DNA of 64,000 nucleotides. It comes from Nemertoderma westbladi. Taxonomy: Eukaryota > Animalia > Xenacoelomorpha. Every line of letters begins with the position of its first letter. Within the stretch, counting starts at the first letter, position 1. The notes under the pieces were generated by a model. That model was given only the letters and a program-made list of their open reading frames with translations, was not told where the DNA came from and did no database searches. Positions 31,090-43,765 of the stretch are shown here, piece after piece. The DNA is taken from NCBI GenBank assembly GCA_032718475.1, contig JAUCBJ010000121.1:23094-87093 (forward strand), written 5' to 3'. A program made the position numbers and the translations under genes.

Positions 31090-34060
31090 TCAATATCTGT
31101 CACAATAATTAGGGTACCGGTATGTTCCTATAACAGTATGTTTATATCTGTCACAGAACTTACTCTTCTTTTCATTGATTACCATATTATGTGACCTACA
31201 GAATTTATCTAAAATATTTAGCTTTTCTATACAACTCTCTCGGTTCTCAGCTAAAATAGCAGTATCGTCCATGAACAGGAGAAGATGCAAGGCTCCTAGG
31301 TATGTGTTAGTAGATGTTAGTGAATCAAACATGGCGACTAGGACATCAATGTAAAGAGTGAATAGAAATAAACTTGATGGCGCTCCTTGACGCAAACCGC
31401 TGTCGACACGAATATCAATTGATCTAAGGTTTAAAAACGTCGTCCTATATATTGCTTTTATTGCGTTAATCATATTAAATCCACAACCGAGAAAAAGTAA
31501 CTTTGATATAAGAGTAGACCTAGAGACTCTATCATAGGCTTTACTGAAGTCGATGAAGATGATGAATAGTTTCTTGTTCTTGGTGTAAGCATAATCGACA
31601 ACCAAGCGTAGAGCGAGTATCTGTTCATAACATGATCTCCCTTTTTGACCGCCCGCTTGAGCTCTTGACTGTTTGTACCATCTCACTAGTCTGTTCGCTA
31701 AAACGTAGTCATAAATCTTTGCTAGAGAGTCCATAATCGTGATTCCACGGTAATTGTTACAGTTAAAACGATCACCTGTTTTATACAAAATACTTAATAA
31801 GCTATATGCCCAAACTGCCGGTAAGCATCCGAATATGAATATCGCATTCAATATAAATGTAATAAATACCACAATATTCACTGGTAGATCCTTCCAAAGA
31901 GGTGATGAAATTCCTAGCGCTGCCTTGTTCGCTTTTATTGAGTTTATCGCCTCGTCCACTTCCTGTGGTTGTATCGGGTCATCCAGGAGTGGTATAACTG
32001 GAGCCTGTGAGGTGTCAATATCGTCTACGGTATCCCCTTGATTATACAGAAGACTCTCAAAATGGTCTTTAAATTCATCGTCGGTGGGTTTGTCGATATC
32101 ATCAGCTTTATCTCCAAGTTTGCCATTCCAATTTATGGCGCGCCAAACAGATTTCGAATCCTTCGTTAGCAACAAGTTTTCCCATCGGTTATTTTCACTA
32201 CAATGATTGGTTAAGGTAACACCAGACCTCATCTTAGAAGAGTTAACTGCGTCTTGAAAAAGTTTTCCCAAAGTATTGACTGCCTCGTTGACATCTCCTA
32301 TGTTTCCATGAACGCAACCGTTTGCTCTTTGATCATGCTCCAAAGCTTCTATAAATTTCGATCTGTCTATCCCTTGTCGAGGTACCCTCACAGTCTTTGA
32401 ACTATAATTGGTTTCCGTGGTATTGCGATTGTACTCATCATAGAATGAGGAACCCATTCGCAGGGAACGCTGTAGAAGCCCGTTCCAGTTTCTATTCCCC
32501 GAAGTTGTCAGTAATATCTCCAAAGGCGCATGATCCGAAGGTTTTGTTAAATCTTGATTTACCTTTAATTCAATATCTTTGTTTACCGACTTACTTGCTA
32601 AACACAGGTCTATCTCACTAATCCACCTTTCTTTTCTTCTGAAAGTAAGGTCACTTGTAGCAGGAGGGACCTTATTGACAATAATGAAATCGGCGTCGTC
32701 ACAGACCCGGTCCACTTCTTGGCCATGCGAATTTTTCGGATGATAAACTCTTGCATTAAGGTCACCAAACACAAGCTGTTTCTCTCTATCTCCTAAGCAA
32801 AGTCCCTGAAGAACCCCCCACAATTTATCATCATAAAATAGCGAATCTTTTGGTTTGATGTAACCGCCGCTAAACTCGTACTGTCCGAGTGAATGAAATC
32901 TTGTTGATATGAATCCAATGAAACTAGTATCAACTGATTCGATGTCGCCCACTAAATAGTTTTCTATTAAAAGCGCTACGCCCCCCCCCCCCCCCCCCCC
33001 TTCTCTGAAAATTTCTGTAAATAATTAAGACAGTTGGAGTTTAGTAATTTTTCCCTTACACCTCCTATATTCCAAGAAAGAATTTTCAACAAGTTATTAG
33101 GCTTACTATTATCATCATTCCCATCACCATAAATACTAGTAGAACTGTATTGACTGTTGTCGGGCCTGTACTATTGAAAGAACTTTGGCTGATAACGGTC
33201 AATAATCATACCATCCCGATACACGATACTGGCTCTGTAGTCGTAAACAATGCGACATCCTTGGTTTTCAGGTTTCTCCTTCTCTTTGTTTTCTACTTCA
33301 TGCAACCTTGCTCTCTCTCATCGTACCGCCGGGTGTATATCCTTCTTTATAAATACCTTACAATAGTCATTATTTTCTTTCAACTTCTTGGCGTTCTCTA
33401 ACACAATATCCCTTTTCTCTTTCTTCTTGAATGTGAGTAAGATAGGCCGCGCTCTCATGGCCGTGTTGCTGTTGCCCTGTGTTTGCTCATTTCTAGTTTT
33501 TCCTAATCGCCTGTATTCTACATCTTCCATTGCTCCTCCTCAATTTCCGGTGTTCTCATCGTCGATGTTCAACTCTACATTTATTTCATTAAAAATTTTA
33601 GACAACTTTTCACTGTCATTGTCATTTGTTTCGCCAGCCTGTTCTGGTAAACCTAAGACTACTAAGTTTTTAGCTCTTTTATCGGTATCTATCGATTCTA
33701 AGAAATGTTGTTGATTGCGAATAATGCTGTAACACATATCTAACTCCTTTCGCACCCCACCTATTTCTCGATCGAACTTATCATCGAAATACCCTTTTAG
33801 TTTTTGGATTTCTTTGATCATGTCCCTATTATCGTTATGGTCATCGTTACTTGCGGTTGGTACCGATACCGGTACCTCGTCTATTAGGTTCCGTAGAATG
33901 TTCCGCATCTCATCATTTTTAAAACTGCTTATTCTCGATCTGCTCATACCTCTCAACTCGGCGAATGTACTAGGGATCGGTACAGCCATGGTTGCAAACT
34001 CAAAGTCCAAATCGGTAATAAACACAGTAAACACACTACAGTACTGTCTGACAGTTCTAC
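31090..34060 (-). mobile_element. 3'-truncated non-LTR retrotransposon (RTEX/Proto2-like): ORF1 ~33318-34034, ORF2 APE-RT ~31090-33080
   Basis: ORF1 NLVVLGLPE, RRLGK...RPILLTF, VFIKKD. ORF2 FGDLNAR, SDHAPL, NYRGIT, QAGGQKGRS, FIDFSKAYD, GLRQG, LFMDD. Clade call is tentative. Confidence 0.88.
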
Positions 34061-34107
34061 TATATCAAATATCATTCATATTCTCATTCATCTCATTCTC
34101 ATTCATA

Positions 34108-34437
34108 TAATGTACAGTATATAGGTGGAGGGTGGGTTTAGATACATGCTGTAATGTATATGGTTGGAGGGTGGATTTATAGATAATGCAGTAATGTACA
34201 GTATATAGGTGGAGGGTGGGTTTAGATACATGCAGTATGCAGTAGTCTATATAGGTCGAGGGTGGGTTTAGATAATGCAGTAATAATATACAGTATATGG
34301 GTGGAGGGTGGGTTTAGATATATGCAAGTTGCAGTAGTCTATATGGGTGGAGGGTGGGTTTAGATATATGCAGGTTGCAGTAGTCTATATGGGTCGAGGG
34401 TGGGTTTAGATAATGCAGTAATATACAGTATATGGGT
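34108..34437. repeat. Minisatellite, ~40-45-bp unit (tatataggtggagggtgggtttagata..tgcagta), ~8 copies
   Basis: Repeated ggtggagggtgggtttagata core. Confidence 0.9.
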
Positions 34438-34689
34438 TACAAGGCGTTCAGATAAGTACCACAAGTAGTTTTCCGACTTACTGCGAGCAGCACCAACTAG
34501 TGAGCTGAAGTTGACTGGCCACTGTAGCCTCTCTCTTGAAAAACATCTTCATTAAATCGAGGTCGTTCTGAGTGGCATCCTGTACAGAGGTAGAAGTCAG
34601 GCTAGGCTGGTGATTGAATCAAGCTGATCAGTTGTATAAACATTCTGGATTTCAGATCGTAAAAAGGCATCTTAACAAGGCATTGTGTC

Positions 34690-34916
34690 ATTGTGTCAAG
34701 TACAATGCACACATCTCCAACCAGACACTATATAACATTGGAGGTGTCTCATTGGTTCCCCCAAGCTTGACACTAGAACAAAATCACCTCCGCTTTGCAG
34801 GACATTGCTTTCGCCGTGAGGACCAGCCAGTGCATAATCTTGTACTTTGGCAGCCTCATGGAGTGAATAAGCATGGTGGACAGCCCATGACTTTCTTGAG
34901 ACGCATATTAAAGGAC
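34690..34916 (+). mobile_element. Internal fragment of the same RTE family (no tail)
   Basis: Near-identical to ~26344-26572. Confidence 0.9.
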
Positions 34917-36290
34917 TACGATTTCTGTGGTGGCCTGAAGTAGACCTCAACCAGAAACCGGTGGAGTACTGGATGACCATCCAGGCTTTTGGGATCATCT
35001 CGAGCCCTTCAAACGCCTGCTCAGTAGTGCGTACCACTGCTGATGACAACCGGGATGCCTTCTCCAAAGAGGTTATCGACAACATCAAATGGGATATATA
35101 CATGGACGACAATTTAAAGTCCCTCCCATCGGTGGAAGAAGCCATTGATGTCGCCAAAGGAACGGTAGAGTGCTTGAAAAGAGGTGGATTTCGATTAACT
35201 AAATTCACCAGTAACTCCCGTGAGTTTCTGGAATCGATCCCGGTAGAAGACCGAGGAGTTAAAGATCTAGACCTAATCAAGGACGATCTTCCAGAAACCA
35301 AGACGCTTGGTTTGAAATGGGACACAGAGAGAGATATCCTGTTTTTCCAGCTAAAACAGCCAGTTCGGACTAAACGGATTTGTCGAAGTATCCTGAGCAC
35401 TTATTTCGATCCATTGGGATTTATTAGCCCAGTTATATTTATTGCTCGGAGTTTAGTACAACAAATGTGGCTTGAAAACCACTCATGGGACGATCCACTT
35501 AAGGGAGAACTATTAAAGAAGTGGATGAAATGGGAAGATTCTCTACCATCCATCGAGAACTTTATAATTTCCCGTTCCTATTTTGGTCATGTTCTCCCCA
35601 CGTATTCCTATCAACTCCATGTGTTTGGAGACGCCAGCGATATGGGAATAGGTATAGTAGCCTACCTGAGAGTTGAAACTCCGGATGGAATCAAGGTCGC
35701 CTTGGTTACCTCTAAGGCATTGATAAACAACAAGTTGAAAGTTCCTCGAGCGGAGTTAAAAGCGGCTCTATACGCTGTCTATACGCTGAAAACTGTCTAT
35801 TGGACCGATGCTTTACTCGTGTTGGAGTATATCACCAATGAAGTCTGTCAGTTCAGCGTCTTCGTTACCAACAGAGTAGCCATTATACTTAGTCGCACGA
35901 AGATAGATCAATGGAGACATTGCCCCGGAACGATTAATCCAGCCGACATCGCCTCCAGAGGAGCAACTCCACAGGAACTGATAGATACTCCAGACTGGTT
36001 AGGTGGACCCGACTTCCTAAGCAAAGAAGAGGATGAATGGCCTCCTCATCTTACTATGGCGGAGATTAGACAAGCCAAGGGAGTGGAGAAAGTCAAACCT
36101 AAAACCCGGGCAAGTAAATCGAAGTTATTTAAACCCGTGATAGATCTGTCTGTATTACACACTTCCAGGGACGACACTTTGGATCCAAAACCCCCAGCCA
36201 CTAATAAGTCTGTTGTGGAAATTAGAGAGAGAGATTGGAAATCTGAGACACCAGACGTCTCGCAAGGACTCTCATCTCTCCTGCAGAGAG
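34917..36290 (+). pseudogene. Fragment of a second, distinct BEL/Pao pol (RT plus RNase H)
   Basis: IYMDDNL, GGFRLTKFTSN, TLGLKWD, FDPLGF, FGDAS, PRAELKAA, WTDA, NRV, NPADIASRG. No LTRs seen. Confidence 0.9.
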
Positions 36291-36329
36291 CAATAATAAT
36301 GATATGAAATAATAATATGAAATAGTAAA

Positions 36330-37145
36330 TCATTACACTTATCTCGGAATAGTACTACAACCAACCCTTTCATTCACTCGACACATAATTAACACCACAT
36401 GCAAATCGTTTAAAGTGATCCATTCTATCAAACAACCCAGCCTTTTATCTCTCAACACAGCAATCAAGTTATTTACAATCAAAATCGAACCAATCATCAG
36501 TTATGGGCTCACTGTTATATGGGAATTTCTGAAATCAAAGGACTTTGAGAACCTGGACAAGATTAAGTCATCGTACCTTAAAAGAGTTCTGTCAGTACAC
36601 AAATCTGCTCAGAACAGGCTTGTCCTGGCGCTGAGTGGAAGCAAGAACCTGCGTATGGATCTGCAACAAAAACTCAATCTCCTCAAAACTCAATACAAAA
36701 CTGGGGTCAATTCGAAGAACAACAAAATAATTCCAGAATTCTGGCGTTCTCCCGGATTTACAAACCCAAAATGGAGAACCTCAAACTATAAAAACCGGCA
36801 CATCATCACACGGGTGTCTATACATGGGTTTCATCACCTAATTTGTAAAAACCCCGCGTTTCACGAGACTGCAGATGAATGTGTCTGCCGATTGTGGGAC
36901 GCCAGAGCCAGCCGATACCACATTTTAAATTGTCACAAGAATGATGCACCCCTTGTGAACTGGGCAAATACAAAATGAGCCCATGTAAATGGAAGAACTG
37001 CATTTTATTTTATTTTGTATATATTTTATAATAATTTGTATAGTTGTGTGTGTTATTGATGTAATTTTAGCCTAATTTCTCGTTCCTACTGTAGAAGTGC
37101 CATCCTTTTGGCTTAATTAATAATAATATTAAAAAAAATAAAACA
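36330..37145 (+). mobile_element. 3' end of a non-LTR retrotransposon (post-RT region with terminal Cys/His motif and A-rich tail)
   Basis: KLF..KIEPIISYGL..IW, YLKRVL, GFHHLIC...CVCRL...RYHILNC; A-rich tail ~37130. Confidence 0.7.
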
Positions 37146-37304
37146 AAAAATAACCAACAGGTCATAAAACATTGTTGCACGGGTGTAGCCTACATGTATT
37201 TTACACATTTTTGTATGGTATTGTTAAATAATTTATAATAGTTTTTGAGTTATTAAAAAAAATCAAGTCTCCCCTAAAGTCAAGTCTCCCTCACTCACCC
37301 TACT

Positions 37305-37420
37305 CCTATCTCAGTAATTCAACTGGTTCTCATTTGATTGAAGCCAGTTAAGGAAAGGCTGAGTGGATCCAGGCGGGGCTCGAACATACAACCAAGGGAT
37401 CAACCAACAGTCGTCCTAAC
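37305..37420 (-). mobile_element. Degenerate tRNA-headed SINE with a conserved central domain (Meta/Sauria-like)
   Basis: ctggttctcattt...gaaaggctgagtggatcc followed by the B-box complement ggggctcgaac. Confidence 0.4.
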
Positions 37421-38080
37421 CTGCCTTTTTTTTATAAAAGGTTTAGGTACATAGTGTATCTAAACCTACTGTGTATACTATATTAAACACCTAAAACATG
37501 GTGTAGACCTACAAATTATCACATCCTACAGCACATAGTGCTCGGAATAGACACAAAAAACCAAGTCAAGTCTCTCATTTAATGAATTCCGTGAACTATA
37601 GTTCCAATGTAAGTAACCCCCTGCTGGTGTGTTACTGTGTTTCATAATGTTCCTTATGTATAACAGTTTAAGTAATCAATAACACTTTGTTCACTAAAGC
37701 TGGATAATAATTGTGCTGCATGACGATTGTGCTCGACCTTTGCTTGAGTTTCTTATCATGGCTGCTCAGTGTGATACCAAACTTATTAATAAAGTAGTAA
37801 TGTAGTACCCAACATTGTTAAAAATATAACGCTCTCGCTTTATTAATTAATTTAGATGAATCACAACTTTTTTATTTTGTTATACAATTGTTTTTATGTG
37901 TATAATTTCATGGTTAAATTTTCCGAATAATTACACTGTAAGTTAGCAGTCAGTCAGTCAATTACGCAGTGTTCTTGCGCAGAACACTTGTTGATATGGC
38001 CTCTTCATATTAAATGCATTATTCAATCATTATTTAATAATTATAAAATTAAATTATCTATGTAACATTTTCCCTTATAG

Positions 38081-39925
38081 CACAGTGCCGGCGGACCCAG
38101 CAGTCTAGCGCCCCCAGATGTAATGGTCAGCCATACACAGTGGCGGCGCACCCAGGAGCATAGCGCCCACAGATGTAACGATCAGCCATACACAGTGCTG
38201 GCGGACTCAGCAGCATAGCACCCACAGATCTAATGGTCAGCTATACACAGTGCCGGCGCACCCAGCAGCATAGCGCCCACAGATGTAACGATCAGCTATA
38301 CACAGTGCTGGTGGACTCAGCAGCATAGCACCCACAGATCTAATGGTCAGCCATACACAGTGCCGGCGCACCCAGCAGCATAGCGCCCTCAGACCTAATG
38401 GTCAGCCACTAACAGTGCCGGCGCACCCAGCAGCATAGCGCCCTCAGATCTAATGGTCAGCCATATACAGTGCCGGCGCACCCAGCAGCATAGCGCCCTC
38501 AGACCTAATGGTCAGCCATACACAGTGCCGGCGGACCCAGCAGCATAGCGCCCACAGATGTAACGATCAGCCACACACAGTGCCAGCGGACCCAGCAGCA
38601 TAGCGCCCACAGATCTAACGATCAGCCATACACAGTGGTGGCGGACCCAGCAGCATAACACCCACAGATCTAACGGTCAGCCATACACAGTGCCGGTGGA
38701 CCCAGCAGCATAGCACCTCCAGATCTAATGGTAAGCCACACACAGTGCCGGTGGACCCAGCAGCATAGCGCCCCCAGATCTAATGGTCAGCCATACACAG
38801 TGCCTGACCAGTGGACCCAGCAGCATAGCGCACCCAGATCTAACAGGCAGCCATACACAGTGCCGGCGGACCCAGCAGCATAGCACCCCCAGATCTAAGT
38901 GTCAGCCACACACAGTGCCGGCGGACCCAGCAGCATAGCGCCCACAGATCTAACGATCAGCCATAAACAGTGCTGGCGGACCCAGCAGCATAGCACCCCC
39001 AGATCTAAGGGTCAGCCACACACAGTGCCGGCGGACCCAGCAGCCTAGCGCACCAATTCTAATTATCAGCCATACACAGTGACGGCGCACCCAGCAGCAT
39101 AGCGCCCTCAGACCTAATGGTCAGCCATACACAGTGCCGGCGGACCCAGCAGCATAGCGCCCACAGATCTAACTGTCAGCCATACACAGTGCCGGTGGAC
39201 CCAGCAGCATAGTGCCCACAGACCTAATGGTCAGCCATGATACACAGTGCCGGCGGACCCAGCATCATAGAGCCCACAGATCTAACGATCAGCCATACAC
39301 AATGCCGGCTGACCCAGCAACATAGCGCCCTCCACGGTCAGCCACACACAGTGCCGGCGGACCCAGCAGCATAACACCCACAGATCTAATGGTCAGCCAT
39401 ACACAGTGCCAGTGGACCCAGCAGCATAGCACCCCCAGATCTAATGGTCAGCCACACACAGTGCCGGTGGACCCAGCAGCATAGCGTACCCAGATCTAAC
39501 GGACAGCCATACACAGTACCGGCGGACCCAGCAGCATAGCACCCCCAGATCTAAGGGTCAGCCACACACAGTGCCAGTGGACCCCGCCGCATAGCGCCCA
39601 CAGATCCAACGATCAGCCATGCACAGTGCAGGCGCACCCAGCAGCATACCGCCCCCAGATCTAACGGTCAGCCACACAAAGTGCCGGTGGACCCAGCAGC
39701 ATAGCGCCCACAGATCTAACGATCAGTCATACACAGTCCTGGTGCACCCAGCAGCATAGCACCCCCAGATCTAACGGTCAGCTATACACAGTGCCGGTGG
39801 ACCCAGCAGCATAGCACCCCCAGATCTAATGGTCAGTAACACACAGTGCCGGTGGATCCAGCAGCATAGCGCCCTCAGATCAAATGGTCACCCATACACA
39901 GTGCCAGTGGACCCAGCAGTGTAGC
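38081..39925. repeat. 55-bp satellite, ~33 copies
   Basis: Consensus acacagtgccggcggacccagcagcatagcgcccacagatctaatggtcagccat; period 55 (e.g. 38521 to 38576). Confidence 0.97.
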
Positions 39926-39974
39926 AGCAGCATCTTACGGTCATCCATGAACTTTCCTAGTTCATGGCTGCTTC

Positions 39975-40298
39975 TATAACATTGGAGGTGTCTCATTGGT
40001 TCCCCCAAGCTTGACACTAGAACAAAATCGCCTCCGCTTTGCAGGACATTGCTTTCGCCATGAGGACCAGCCAGTGCATAATCTTGTACTTTGGCAGCCT
40101 CATGGAGTGAATAAGCATGGTGGACAGCCAATGACTTTCTTGAGACGCATCTTAAAGGACACTGGCCTTGAAGATGCGGATAATTTATCAAATGTCATGG
40201 GTGATAGGGAGCTGTGGCGGCGCAATTTTGTCGACAAGCCGGCACAGCATTCTTAAAAATGCAGCTGCAGTGCAGCATGCCGATACTAGTAGTAGTAG
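39975..40298 (+). mobile_element. Short 3' copy of the RTE family with (TAG)n tail
   Basis: Matches ~26384-26712. Confidence 0.92.
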
Positions 40299-41819
40299 AA
40301 CTGCAATAATTGCTCAAAGTTAGTCATGCATTGAATTGGGATGATGTTCTACCTGCTACTAGTGAAACTCATTAAAGTTAAGGAGTCACTGGTGAGGAAG
40401 TGTCATAACTCCAACAGATTTTGAATAATTCTGCTGGCTAACTTCAATTCCTCCTCTGGTCCTGCTATGAGTAAAGTGTCGTTCACATAACAATAGATCC
40501 GAGCCACATCAAACAAAGTAAGTCATAGAAACCATCTCCATAAGACATTCTAACACCTCATTAATATATAAAGTATAGAAAGAATATAAAGAAACTAGTA
40601 GGAAGGAGGGAAATTGTGTGACCTCTTATAGCCTCAGGTTCATTCCATTGGATTCATTGGATTGTTTGATCAATTCTACTTAAGATTTAAAATCGTCAAA
40701 GTTAATCAGACATCTGTATGGGCTGATGATATGTAGGATTTGTATTTGATGGATTTGGAAACATTATAAATCAGTAAATCAAATTAATATAAATTAATTA
40801 AACTCAAGTTTATTATTAGTATAAATAAATAATTAATTCAATTTGTTTTAACAATAATCTAAAATAATAAAATTGTATTATTATCTCCCTTCTCAAATAT
40901 ATCTCTCTTCTATATAAATTTTACAATCCTACAAAGACCCACTAACCACACCTGATACGCCTATACACAAACCTCAGTCATCTCATAATATTAATTAGTA
41001 ATCAACGTACATCATTATTGCATATACATAGCACATAGGTTATAGAGTCCACTACAGATATGTATTAGTTTTTGTAACAACTAGTTCGTTTCGTTGATTA
41101 CAAAATGTATATTATTATAAAAGTAATGTTAATAAATGAAATTAAATATATTTAAATGGCTAAGTACCAACATTGTCAATAATCCTCGCAGACTAGTCGT
41201 TAAAATTTGACGGTCAAATGTACATTTTATAGGAGTGGTTTGTTAACAATCAAGGAAACAAAGAAACCTTCACCGTGCGTAACTCAATTGGAGTAATTCG
41301 TTCACCATTGGGGTGATTTTGGGTTAAAATTTAAATGTGACTAAAATTAATCAAATCTGTCCACAGGAAATTTTTTTACGTACAAATTCCCTGTAGAATA
41401 TTGGAATATTTCAGTTGCTTTCACTTCAAATTTAACCATTTAGTGCTAGAAGTTACCAATTGGGAAAAAAATAAACATTTTGGGAAGGTCGGGCCACGAA
41501 ATGTAAAAAACAAAATTATGTAAAATTCTTAGAATAACGAAAATTAAATAAACAATTTTCAGAGAATAAAATTCCTAGGAAGTTGTAAATCACTCCGAGT
41601 AAGCTCCACTTACTATATACTAATGTTGTATGCTTTGCGCCCGGTGTGGGAGAATCCTTACAAAGGATCCTCTCACGTTATGTTGTTTTTAGATTTAGAT
41701 TAACAATCGCATATCCGAGTAGTTATATATTTTTCAACATCAATCATCGGGAATATCCTTATTAGTCATTTTAATGATATATTATTATAATATAATCATA
41801 TTGGACCATGGATAATCAT

Positions 41820-41887
41820 ATTCTTGTATATATATATTTATTGATTTAAAATTCAAACGGTAGAACTCGTAGAGCACACCAAATTAA
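41820..41887 (+). repeat. Inverted copy of the piggyBac-remnant terminus, ending in TTAA
   Basis: Reverse complement of ~24254-24319 (acggtagaactcgtagagcacaccaaaTTAA) with a few mismatches. Confidence 0.8.
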
Positions 41888-42065
41888 GTATATTGCTTTA
41901 TAGCTGTACCATATCAGTTGACTGGTAATTATAACTTAAGTGAAAAAAGCGGATTTTTTATATACAATCAATAATTGATTATCTTTTTAAATATTAACAG
42001 ACTTTGAATAACTCTATTTAATATTCTACAGTTTACAAACGGTGTCAGTATCAATTTATAACGCC

Positions 42066-42716
42066 ATGCAAGTTATCTCCACGCTATTATTTGCTTTACA
42101 CACAACAATGGCTGCTTCCAACTTTACATGTCCTGTTGGAGTGACATGGAAAATTTCCTCTGAAAGCGACGGCATAAAAAAGGCGTATCAAGATAAGATA
42201 GCGAGGTTTATAAAAAGTAACCCCCAGTTTCAAAACGAAACAACCACTGTGAACGGAGGTTGTTCGGCTTGCGGTGTGGTAGCATACATTGCTTCTGGTT
42301 ATGTTGATGGCTTTGGCCAGGAAGAAGGCGCCATTGAGTTTCATAGTCATGAATGCAAAAACCACAATTGTGTTCAACTGGTCGAGGATGGTTGTATTTA
42401 CTACATGCAGGTTGTCCTTCGTGATCATGGTGAGAGGGATGATCATTATGTGAGATTGTTAAATATTGTGAACTGGCTGCAGAATGATGTCGCAGTAACA
42501 TATGAATCATGCCAAGTGATATGTTGCAGCGGCGAAGATCAGTGTCCCGCAATCGTTTGGAAAGAAAGGGTCACCGACAACCAAACCCCAACCACAGCGG
42601 ATAACATCGAAACCTCATTGGCGGACGGATCCAACAATGTCCAATCAACCCGGGATATGGTTGTGGCCCTTATTGCTGCCGTTGTTTTAGGTGGAGGGCT
42701 TTATCAGAGACAATAA
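42066..42716 (+). CDS. Putative secreted/GPI-anchored cysteine-rich protein, divergent Ly6/uPAR (three-finger)-like; host gene
   Basis: ATG at 42066, signal-peptide-like MQVISTLLFALHTTMAA, 10 Cys ending CQVICCSGEDQC, S/T linker, GS small residues and hydrophobic tail (MVVALIAAVVLGG). Acceptor-like ttctacag at ~42031 and AATAAA overlapping the stop. Confidence 0.7.
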   Translation: MQVISTLLFALHTTMAASNFTCPVGVTWKISSESDGIKKAYQDKIARFIKSNPQFQNETTTVNGGCSACGVVAYIASGYVDGFGQEEGAIEFHSHECKNHNCVQLVEDGCIYYMQVVLRDHGERDDHYVRLLNIVNWLQNDVAVTYESCQVICCSGEDQCPAIVWKERVTDNQTPTTADNIETSLADGSNNVQSTRDMVVALIAAVVLGGGLYQRQ

Positions 42717-43539
42717 ATATTCAAATGAAACAAAATGTTGAAACTAAAATATTGATATATGCAAGAATGATTCTAATTCATTATCTAATATATCATGGAT
42801 AAATATATTTATCTTAAGCACGCGAACTTGACCAAGTTCGAAACAAGTTCGATTTGATCTGGAGTCAAAAGTTCGAGAGGCTTTAGGCCGTAACTTTAGA
42901 AAATATTGGAACTTTTTCTCTAGTATGCCCATACTATATACTACTATTTATAATGACCTTTTAAGTCACACCTTTTAAAAATCGAAGTTTACCTTTATTT
43001 CAAACAATAGAACACATCTCAACCCAAGAACTAACAAAATAAAAATCACTAAAACAAACAACAATGCTGGGTACCGTAGTCTATTAATGATTAAAACTCG
43101 TCTATGGAACAATCTCGATAAGAGCCTCACAGGAATTAAACATCGGCAAATATTCGACACCAAAATAAAACTCCATTTTTATACAAAATATGAACGTGAG
43201 AAAATTAAATGAAAATATCAGATTAATTACATAGATTTCAATTATACAGTGGATTAGTGTAGGGAAGTTCCAATTTAGGTTACGTACGTAAAATTTCATA
43301 TACAGTAAGGAAAGAATAGTACCGTAGGGTATGTAGGTGAAATTATCGCCGACATTTATTCTCCCAATTAACAGCTATGCCGGGGCAACCCGTCTGAGGT
43401 GCCTCCATAAATATGTAATGTTGTTGAGTTCAGAATAATAATAATCTAATCTAATCTAATACAAAATTTGGTTGAAAATGGTAAAAATCATCAAAAGTTA
43501 TTTATGAATAGAATTGAATGAATTTGAAATAATTTTTCA

Positions 43540-43765
43540 TTACAGACGGACAGACAGACGGACAGACAGACAGACGGACATAAAATTTTGCCCTATTTAC
43601 TAATTATTATTAGAAAGCCAGCAAGCTGGCTGGAAGGAACCCGGGGGAAGAATCCTAGCTAAGACTATTACCAATGAACTATGTCAGTCAGCAGTAAGTA
43701 AACTAAACAATTGTCTAAACTGTAAGGCGTGAGGCTAGCTGTCTTTGTGGCTCGCCCCACATAAT
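43540..43765. repeat. (GACA/GACG)n microsatellite plus a small GTGG..CCAC hairpin; possible non-autonomous Helentron/DINE-like remnant
   Basis: acagacggacagacagacgg... at 43542-43580. gtggctcgccccac at 43747-43760 recurs at 44704-44717 after a tcag/tgag repeat. Confidence 0.35.

Noticed and set aside
38081-39925. CRISPR array, coding repeat or hammerhead-bearing satellite
   Set aside because: Whole units repeat without unique spacers, 55 is not a multiple of 3, units contain stops, and there is no CTGATGA/GAAA core on either strand.
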